Positions 57,161 through 64,000 of a stretch of DNA of 64,000 nucleotides are shown here, in pieces. The stretch is from an uncultured Gammaproteobacteria bacterium (GTDB taxonomy: Bacteria > Patescibacteriota > Microgenomatia > UBA1406 > HO2-37-13b), in assembly GCA_964413645.1 (NCBI GenBank), contig CAYPSA010000005.1, positions 2,820 through 66,819 on the forward strand, in the 5' to 3' direction. The notes beneath the pieces are model-generated. The model was given only the letters and a program-made list of their open reading frames with translations, was not told where the DNA came from and did no database searches. The position numbers were made by a program, and so were the translations under genes. How positions within the stretch are numbered: position 1 is the stretch's first letter; every line of letters begins with the position of its first letter.

Positions 57161-60100
57161 ATGGGAAAATTTATTACACATTTTAAAGCGTATTTGCGAA
57201 ACTTCAAGAGTAAATCTCGGCGTCCGATAATAGTAATAATCTCATTTTTGATTATCGCAACCGGTTTTTTATTATATACAAACAACGCCAAAGCAGTTGA
57301 TTGGTGGAAAGGTGGGGGTGGCGCATGGGGAGCTCGCAAACAACTTACGGTTACGAATAACTCATCCGCGACGCTTTCTGCAAATACAACGGTAGTCATA
57401 ACAATTGACACGAAGAGTCTGGTTAATTCAGGTAAATTACGCCGTGACTGTTCAGATTTACGTATTTTATATCAGCCATCTTCATCAACCACTACCGAAC
57501 TTACTCGGCATCTGACTTTTGCTCCTACCGAAACAGGGCAAGGAACATGTATTACGAGTTCGGCAACGAAGGTATATTTCAATTTGCAATCATCACTCTC
57601 ATCGTCAGGTTCAACAACCGACTATTATTTGTATTACAAAAACCCAAGCGCCTCCACTCCAACGTCTACCGATAATGCATTTGATATTTCATCAATCAAC
57701 GCAACGCTCGTATGTCCATTTGATGGAACAACCACGTGCGCTGCAGGTGAAACACCAAGTACAGAAACCGGTGCCATTCGATATAGTGGAGGAAAGAGCG
57801 CACTTATTTTTGATCATGTAAATGACTATGTTGAATATTCTTTAGCATCAGGAGTAGGTACTGCGCTTACAAGCAAAGTATTTACTATTGAAACATGGAT
57901 ATATGTTAATAATATTACTGAGCCGTTTGGAATTCTTGGAGACACAGTTGGGAGCAATGACGCGTTTAAATTGCAATCATTGTCGGGTACTGATATTTCA
58001 TTTCGAGGGGAAGGATCGAGCACGGGTATCGTTTTAGATTGTGCAAATGCCTTTACATCAACCGGATGGTACCATGTTGCGGTTGTGTCAACCGGACCTT
58101 CAGCATATCTATATAAAAATGGAACTCAATGTAGTTCCGATTCAATTGTCGGGGAAACATATTCTCAGGGGACCGTTCATAGAATAAGCTGGGGAGGATA
58201 TTTTGGCGTACGTTATATGGCGGGTATTATCGATGAATATCGATTCAGTAACACCATTCGATACACGTCAAATTTCACTCCAAGCACAGCTCCCTTTGTA
58301 CGTGATGCGAATACGATGGTATTATTTCATTTTGATGAAAATGGAACCGACCCTCGACAATCGGGCAAAGCAATCGACGATTCGGGTAATAATGTTCATG
58401 GAACAATTAGTGGAGCCCAGTATGTGGACGGTCTTGTTGGTGTAGACGCTTCGTCGGTAGATATTGGAAAAGTATCGGGTCAATCATTCGGAAGCCACGA
58501 GGGAGTCTTTGTCGAAGAAGGTACGACCAACAAAATTACAAACCCTTCATTTGAAAATGCTACGTATGATACAAATTGGACAACTGGGGCAAATCTTACC
58601 GCAACCTCAAACGCAACTGCTCCTTATTATAAATTTGGCGTAAAATCGGCAAAGTTAGTTGCCTCAGCAAGTGCTATTTCGGGAACGAGTAATATGTTTA
58701 CAACAAACATAAACGTAGGAAGCAGTGCTACTCATGGATTTTCTGCATTTGTGTACGATGCAACTTCTGGAAATGTTGGCGGAACTGTGTCATCCAGTAT
58801 TGCAAAAATTGTGTTTCAAGGAGTCGCCCAAACGACAACATATACCGATGTGGGTGGTGGTTGGTGGCGATTAAGCTATGCAGCTAGTGCGGCAGGAGCA
58901 CAAGAATTTGGAATTGAGCCGCAAGTGTCGAAAACTATCTATGTTGATGCTGCTCAACTTGAAGCTAAGGCGACGCAATTGGCCGGTTATTCTACATCGT
59001 ATGCGGATGGCTCATTGGGATCAGGATATGCGTGGACTGGAACAGCAAACAATAGTACCAGTACTCGTACTGCAGGCGATCTGCGTTATGCCACGTCGGG
59101 AAATATTTCAGTCAGTGCGGGTACATTTAGTGCATGGGTTTGGTATCCATCATATTATTCAAGCTGTAGCGGCGCTCATCAGGGAATTTTATATACAAAT
59201 GGGGCAAATCCACTTTTTATGGGGCAAAATTGCGGAACAGCCTGGTTTTCGGTTAATGGAACCAATGGTGGAGCGGCATCGGGTACTATGCCTACATATG
59301 GGGCAAATAAATGGCACCATTACGTTGGTACATGGAATGGGTCGGCACTAACTTTTTATATTGATGGGACTGCCCAGACTCCAGGTTCGTATACTGCAAC
59401 ACCAACAGCAACTTCTATTATACTGAATACAGATATAGGAGGGAATACCGGAATCGACACAGTCACTTTATCTGATTTGCGAATCTACGATACCGCACTT
59501 ACTTCTACCCAAGTAACCGACTTGTATCAGTCCGGATTGGTTGGACATAGTCAGGGACTGCAGGTTGATGCCTTCGGCGATACTTCGGGAGAAGACCCAG
59601 TAAGCATTTATCACATGGATGAAGCTCAGGGAACAAGCGTAAACGATAGCACTGTGCAGGCAAATCATTTTACCCTCGGCACCGGTTCATCAGCTCCGAG
59701 TTGGGAGACAACCAATAACGTATCAGGTGCAGCCAATCCCCGAGGGACCAATTTAAAATTCGATGGTTCAAATGATTATATCTATCGGAATGATGACTCC
59801 GATTTTAACCCCGGAACCGGCTCATTTTCTGTTTCTGGATATTTTAGGCACCCAAGCACCATTTCAGGAACCGATACCCTCATAACGCGGTACAGTAGTG
59901 CTGGGTATAAGGTATATATGAATTCCTCAGGGTACCTGTGTTTTGGTATCGACGATGATTCTACCTGGGGACCCGATGACTCGGCATGTTCAACATCGAG
60001 TCAGGGTTCGTTTGCTGATTCTAAATGGCATACATTTACAGCAGTAAAAACGAGTACGACGTCTATTGCGCTCTACATAGACGGGATCCTTGTAGGTAGC

Positions 60101-63100
60101 GACTCATCGCTTGCAGCTACCGCCACACTCAACGCAGGCTCGAGTAGCATTATGTATATGGGAATTGACGCAGACTTTGCCTCAAATCCATGGGCCGGGA
60201 ATTTAGATGAGGTGTATTTTTATCCGTATGCGCGATCAGCCGCACAAATCAAAGCGAATACGGGTGGTGCAACGCTTGGGGCTTCTACCGATCCGCTTGA
60301 TAAGGGGCTGGTTGGATATTGGAAGATGGACGAAAGTTCTGGCACAACAACTAGTGATTCGAGTGGAAATTTATATACAGGAACGCTTGGAGTTGGCGCA
60401 TCCGCACCAACATGGACGAATGGTAAATTTGGTGGAGGACTATCATTTGATGGCACTTCTGATTTGGTAAATTTATCTACGATTACTAAACCTACTACAA
60501 GTTTTCCTATAACATTATCTTTTTGGGTTAATCCAACAACCACTTCGCCGGTTGGTATTTTTGACTCTGCTCCTGGTCAAGGGAATGTATTAAGAAATTA
60601 TTCCGCAGGCAATATAGAATGGTGGAATGGCCAACCTCAGGTATCTTTGGGCCTATCTTCATCAGTATGGCAACATGTCACTGTTGTTTACGATCATGAC
60701 GGGACAAATAGAATTCTGCGGTATTACAAGAATGGCACTCTTACAAGTTCGAGTAGTTTTGCGGGTACAAATGAATATAATTGGTCTAATTTTACTTTAG
60801 GAAATATTAACGGAGGTGATGCTGGGTGGTTTTCTGGAAGTTTAGATGAATTCAGAGTATACAACCGTGCGCTTTCGCCTGCCGAAGTACAACAGTTGTA
60901 TAATTACGCCCCGGGGCCCGTGGGGCATTGGAAAATGGATGAAGGGAATGGATTAAGTGCTTTTGACAGTTCGGGAAATGGAAATACCGGCACGCTTACT
61001 AACGGACCTGTATGGACTAATGCAAAATTAGCTGGAGGCGTACAGTTTGATGGAAGCAATGATTCAGTGCTAGTGACAGATGCTAATAGTCTTGATACTC
61101 CTGCGGGCATTACAACATCAGCGTGGGTTAATTTTAGCACTTTAGCATCAGGAGGTGATTACGGATTTATGTCCAAATGGACCAGCGGTTCGGGTTGGTT
61201 TATCGAACCAAATTATTCAGGAACTAGTTGGAGAATATATTTTGTTTTTAGTGATGCAACGGCAAATAGCTGGGTTTTTGACCCGGGAATTTCAACCACC
61301 AATCGCTGGTACCATGTTTCAATAACGTACGACAAAACAAGTATGAAATTTTATACCGATGGTGTCCTTGTTGGGTCCACTGCCTTGACTAAAGATTTGA
61401 TTACTAATTCGCAACCACTCTATCTTGGCTATAGCAATGGAAGCGGTGGTGGAGCACATTATTTGACCGGGAAAATGGATGATGTTCGTATTTATAACTA
61501 TGCACGATCATCGGCTCAAGTAATCCAAGACATGAACGCAGGCCATCCATTGGGTGGTTCTCCGGTGGGGAGTCAAGTTGCCCATTGGAAACTCGACGAA
61601 GGCTATGGTACAACAGCTAATGATTCATCAATTAATGGAAACTCACTCACGCTTTCGTCTGCTACTGCTGCATGGACAAATGCGGGAAAGTTTGGTAAAG
61701 CATGGAATGGAGATGGCGCTCTATACATGAGTCGAGCAGATGATGCGGACTTTGATTTTACCGCAGTTGAGGATTTTGCAATAAGTGGATGGGTAAAGTC
61801 TGATTCAGCCAGTAACCCGGGAGCAACAGAATACGTCGTAAACAAAGCAAATGCCACTACCGCTGGATATGCTGTATATTTCAATACCTCTGGAAACCTT
61901 TGTTTTGGAATTGACGACGATACTACCTGGGGCCCTGACATTGCAAGTTGTAGCACCACCGATCTGTATGACGCCACCTGGCATCATTTTAGTGCGATGC
62001 GCGATTATTCGGGGACGCTGAAAACATTTATATATGTTGATGGAATAAGTCGTGATAACGATACCGATAGTACAAGCGCAACTTTCGCAAATTCACTCTC
62101 ACTTTACGTGGGTGACCGTGATGGCACCAACAATGGTGATGAATTTACTGGGGATATTGACGAAGTTAAAATTTATCGAGGCGCATTAACACCTGCAGAA
62201 ATTAAGATTGACTATAATCGTGGGCAGAGTTTAGTTTTAGGTTCTGTTTCAAACAATTCTACATATGCTCCAAATGCGGCAAACCAAGAATATTGTGTGC
62301 CGGGGGATAGCACAAGCTGTGCAGCGCCGGTCGGAGAGTGGAGGCTAGATGAGCGAACAGGGTCGACGGTTAATGATACATCAGGGAATGGATATTCTGG
62401 TACCCTGACCTTGGGTCCATCTTGGACTAAAGGTAAAATTGGAGCAGCTTTAAATTTTGATGGCTCTGATGACTATGTTGATTTCGGAACGGCAGCGGGT
62501 CTTGATTTAACATCATCAATGACATTCAGTGCTTGGATTAATTCGAGTTCATTTGCATCGCAGCAAAGAGTATTCCAACGCAGAGGTGCGGGTGGATATG
62601 GATTCACTATACTTAATAGCACTACTATACGATTTACCCAGTTTGGAGTAGTGGACAAAGACATAACAGTTTCAGCCCTTTCAGCGAATACGTGGTACCA
62701 TGTTACTTGGGTATTTAATGATACCGCCGATACGGTTACTGTTTATTTGAATGGGCAAAGTGTCGGCAGTACTGCTCTGGCAAGTGCTATTGTGAGTGTG
62801 CCGGCAAGTTCGAATATCATGGGTGGAACTGGTAATATGTTCAGTGGCAAGATAGACCATGCGACTTTATACAACTACGCCCGAACTGCTTCTCAAGTTG
62901 CCTGGGACTATAATCGCGGAGCGCCGATTGCCCACTATCGTCTCGATGAATGTGCAGGAACCGTTGCCAACGACGCATCAGGAAACGGCTACACGGGTAC
63001 AATTACGATTGGAGCAAGTGGTACAAATACGAGTGCGGGAAATTGTACGAGCGGTACAAGTTCCGAAGCATGGTATAACGGAGTCGCTGGTAAATTCAAT

Positions 63101-63649
63101 AGTAGTTTGAAATTTGATGGAACGGATGACTACGTAAGTGTTACCGACAATAGTAATCTCGAAAATGCAGTCATGTCGCTTTCAGCCTGGATTTATACCA
63201 GCGCAGGATTCCCAAGTCAAACTGGACCCCTTGGCAAAAGAATTACATCGAGTGAATATATACAGTACTCTTTCAGTGTATCCAGTAATACTTTTTACTG
63301 GCTTCAATCTGAAGCTGGCTCAAGCTGGAACACTCTGGTATCTACCCCTTCCAATACCATATCGGCTGGATGGCATCATTACGTGGGTACTAATAATGGA
63401 ACTACAGCCCGGCTATATATTGATGGAAAAGAAGTTGGAACTGCCGATTCATCACCAGCTACAACACTTGCCGCAAGTACCGACCCCTTTATAATCGGAG
63501 AGCAGCGAGTTGGTAGCAGCGATAGTTACTTTACTGGTCAAATTGATGATGTTCGAATATATAACTACGCTCTAACCACGACGCAAATAAAGAACATCAT
63601 GAACGGCGACTTTGCCGTTCGATACGCACCAGCAACAGGGCAGCCGTAA
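57161..63649 (+). CDS. 2,162-aa membrane-anchored DUF2341 + multi-LamG (concanavalin A-like lectin) repeat protein
   Basis: N-terminal TM helix (IIVIISFLIIATGFLLY). DUF2341-like start (WWKGGGGAWGARKQLTVTNNS...DCSDLRILY). A jelly-roll/CBM-like segment follows (NPSFENATYDTNW...IYVDAAQLEAKA). Eight LamG-type units begin W[KR][ML]DE..G....D.SGNG..GTL and end [IL]D[ED]VR[IV]YN.A[LR]....[IV] (e.g. LDEFRVYNRALSPAEVQQLYN; IDDVRIYNYALTTTQIKNIMN). Confidence 0.8.
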   Translation: MGKFITHFKAYLRNFKSKSRRPIIVIISFLIIATGFLLYTNNAKAVDWWKGGGGAWGARKQLTVTNNSSATLSANTTVVITIDTKSLVNSGKLRRDCSDLRILYQPSSSTTTELTRHLTFAPTETGQGTCITSSATKVYFNLQSSLSSSGSTTDYYLYYKNPSASTPTSTDNAFDISSINATLVCPFDGTTTCAAGETPSTETGAIRYSGGKSALIFDHVNDYVEYSLASGVGTALTSKVFTIETWIYVNNITEPFGILGDTVGSNDAFKLQSLSGTDISFRGEGSSTGIVLDCANAFTSTGWYHVAVVSTGPSAYLYKNGTQCSSDSIVGETYSQGTVHRISWGGYFGVRYMAGIIDEYRFSNTIRYTSNFTPSTAPFVRDANTMVLFHFDENGTDPRQSGKAIDDSGNNVHGTISGAQYVDGLVGVDASSVDIGKVSGQSFGSHEGVFVEEGTTNKITNPSFENATYDTNWTTGANLTATSNATAPYYKFGVKSAKLVASASAISGTSNMFTTNINVGSSATHGFSAFVYDATSGNVGGTVSSSIAKIVFQGVAQTTTYTDVGGGWWRLSYAASAAGAQEFGIEPQVSKTIYVDAAQLEAKATQLAGYSTSYADGSLGSGYAWTGTANNSTSTRTAGDLRYATSGNISVSAGTFSAWVWYPSYYSSCSGAHQGILYTNGANPLFMGQNCGTAWFSVNGTNGGAASGTMPTYGANKWHHYVGTWNGSALTFYIDGTAQTPGSYTATPTATSIILNTDIGGNTGIDTVTLSDLRIYDTALTSTQVTDLYQSGLVGHSQGLQVDAFGDTSGEDPVSIYHMDEAQGTSVNDSTVQANHFTLGTGSSAPSWETTNNVSGAANPRGTNLKFDGSNDYIYRNDDSDFNPGTGSFSVSGYFRHPSTISGTDTLITRYSSAGYKVYMNSSGYLCFGIDDDSTWGPDDSACSTSSQGSFADSKWHTFTAVKTSTTSIALYIDGILVGSDSSLAATATLNAGSSSIMYMGIDADFASNPWAGNLDEVYFYPYARSAAQIKANTGGATLGASTDPLDKGLVGYWKMDESSGTTTSDSSGNLYTGTLGVGASAPTWTNGKFGGGLSFDGTSDLVNLSTITKPTTSFPITLSFWVNPTTTSPVGIFDSAPGQGNVLRNYSAGNIEWWNGQPQVSLGLSSSVWQHVTVVYDHDGTNRILRYYKNGTLTSSSSFAGTNEYNWSNFTLGNINGGDAGWFSGSLDEFRVYNRALSPAEVQQLYNYAPGPVGHWKMDEGNGLSAFDSSGNGNTGTLTNGPVWTNAKLAGGVQFDGSNDSVLVTDANSLDTPAGITTSAWVNFSTLASGGDYGFMSKWTSGSGWFIEPNYSGTSWRIYFVFSDATANSWVFDPGISTTNRWYHVSITYDKTSMKFYTDGVLVGSTALTKDLITNSQPLYLGYSNGSGGGAHYLTGKMDDVRIYNYARSSAQVIQDMNAGHPLGGSPVGSQVAHWKLDEGYGTTANDSSINGNSLTLSSATAAWTNAGKFGKAWNGDGALYMSRADDADFDFTAVEDFAISGWVKSDSASNPGATEYVVNKANATTAGYAVYFNTSGNLCFGIDDDTTWGPDIASCSTTDLYDATWHHFSAMRDYSGTLKTFIYVDGISRDNDTDSTSATFANSLSLYVGDRDGTNNGDEFTGDIDEVKIYRGALTPAEIKIDYNRGQSLVLGSVSNNSTYAPNAANQEYCVPGDSTSCAAPVGEWRLDERTGSTVNDTSGNGYSGTLTLGPSWTKGKIGAALNFDGSDDYVDFGTAAGLDLTSSMTFSAWINSSSFASQQRVFQRRGAGGYGFTILNSTTIRFTQFGVVDKDITVSALSANTWYHVTWVFNDTADTVTVYLNGQSVGSTALASAIVSVPASSNIMGGTGNMFSGKIDHATLYNYARTASQVAWDYNRGAPIAHYRLDECAGTVANDASGNGYTGTITIGASGTNTSAGNCTSGTSSEAWYNGVAGKFNSSLKFDGTDDYVSVTDNSNLENAVMSLSAWIYTSAGFPSQTGPLGKRITSSEYIQYSFSVSSNTFYWLQSEAGSSWNTLVSTPSNTISAGWHHYVGTNNGTTARLYIDGKEVGTADSSPATTLAASTDPFIIGEQRVGSSDSYFTGQIDDVRIYNYALTTTQIKNIMNGDFAVRYAPATGQP

Positions 63650-63654
63650 TAAGG

Positions 63655-63726
63655 TGTCCCGAGAGGGAATTGAACCCCCATTTAACCCTTAGGACGGGCT
63701 TGTTCTATCCATTGAACTACCGGGAC
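63655..63726 (-). tRNA. tRNA-Arg (anticodon CCU)
   Basis: The reverse complement is GTCCCGGTAGTTCAATGGATAGAACAAGCCCGTCCTAAGGGTTAAATGGGGGTTCAATTCCCTCTCGGGACA. It folds as a canonical cloverleaf: 7-bp acceptor stem, D stem GTTC/GAAC, anticodon stem AGCCC/GGGTT with loop GTCCTAA, and T arm GGGGG-TTCAATT-CCCTC. The 3' CCA is not encoded. Confidence 0.9.
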
Positions 63727-63748
63727 TTGCATTATTATAGCATTCTAA

Positions 63749-64000
63749 TCAGAATGCAGAAGCGGTTGGGAGTACTTTTGGAGTAGTGGTTGCGCTTGTG
63801 TAATCGCTGCCGATAATAATCAAAATATCTGCATCTACACTTGGGGCAGTTTCACCGGCAGGTAACTTTGCATTCTCACCATCCATTGCCGCCGCAATGC
63901 GCACGACTTGTTCATCTAAGTCACCTTTCAAATCGATAACCTGTGTAAGTTTATAATCGCTTTTTTGAGCGTTACTTTTTGCTACCACATTAAACTGCAC
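63749..64000 (-). CDS. C-terminal fragment of a hypothetical protein (possibly LytR_C-like); 5' part lies outside the window
   Basis: The frame is open to the window edge. The tail ...KLTQVIDLKGDLDEQVVRIAAAMDGENAKLPAGE...ADILIIIGSDY loosely resembles LytR C-terminal domains. Confidence 0.4.
   Translation of the reverse strand: MQFNVVAKSNAQKSDYKLTQVIDLKGDLDEQVVRIAAAMDGENAKLPAGETAPSVDADILIIIGSDYTSATTTPKVLPTASAF

Noticed and set aside
39930-63649. Diversity-generating retroelement (common in CPR genomes) targeting the fibre or lectin genes
   Set aside because: No reverse transcriptase ORF is present, and I found no template/variable repeat pair with adenine-specific differences. The internal repeats differ at all base types or are identical.
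39930-63726. The giant-gene/LamG locus as a horizontally acquired island integrated at tRNA-Arg
   Set aside because: No integrase, direct repeat of the tRNA 3' end, or mobility gene is visible. The locally higher GC is explained by Gly/Ala/Thr codon content. A paralogous fibre elsewhere in the window argues for a native gene family. This cannot be excluded without comparative genomes.

Overview
This is a gene-dense, AT-leaning bacterial window. Its content and layout resemble a Patescibacteria/CPR-type episymbiont; that assignment is my inference, not a database result. Supporting observations are 1-4 nt gene junctions, comEA/comEC plus a prepilin peptidase, very large surface proteins, and N-terminally extended NusG and L1. 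Housekeeping genes I recognise from motifs: fmt, tyrS, rho, gdh, glyA, trpS, leuS, ndk, secE-nusG-rplK-rplA, an F1 ATPase cluster (atpC/D/G/A/H plus a b-like gene), and tRNA-Arg(CCU). The standout locus is 39930-63649. It holds one uninterrupted 17.2-kb ORF for a 5,726-aa mosaic-repeat fibre/adhesin-like protein. That ORF contains a 664-bp perfect in-frame internal duplication and 15 copies of an invariant two-Cys module. Directly downstream is a 2,162-aa DUF2341 plus 8x LamG-like protein. A 1,104-aa paralogous fibre (13165-16479) shares the repeat motif and the C-terminal module. It sits in an operon with a stand-alone integrase-SAM-like protein and an O-antigen-ligase/TPR membrane protein. 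Other notable points: (1) the ATPase operon has no a or c subunit gene, has a TM-less b-like subunit, and has an upstream protein ending in a c-subunit-like hairpin without the carboxylate; (2) a minimal RHS-core polymorphic-toxin-like protein has a Cys-His-Asp C-terminal domain and no immunity gene; (3) -10 boxes sit 5-10 nt upstream of start codons at most operon heads, suggesting leaderless mRNAs; (4) a ~680-bp unexplained noncoding stretch lies within the 795-bp intergenic gap at 16913-17707; (5) small intergenic repeat elements recur. I saw no CRISPR array, rRNA, transposase or prophage.
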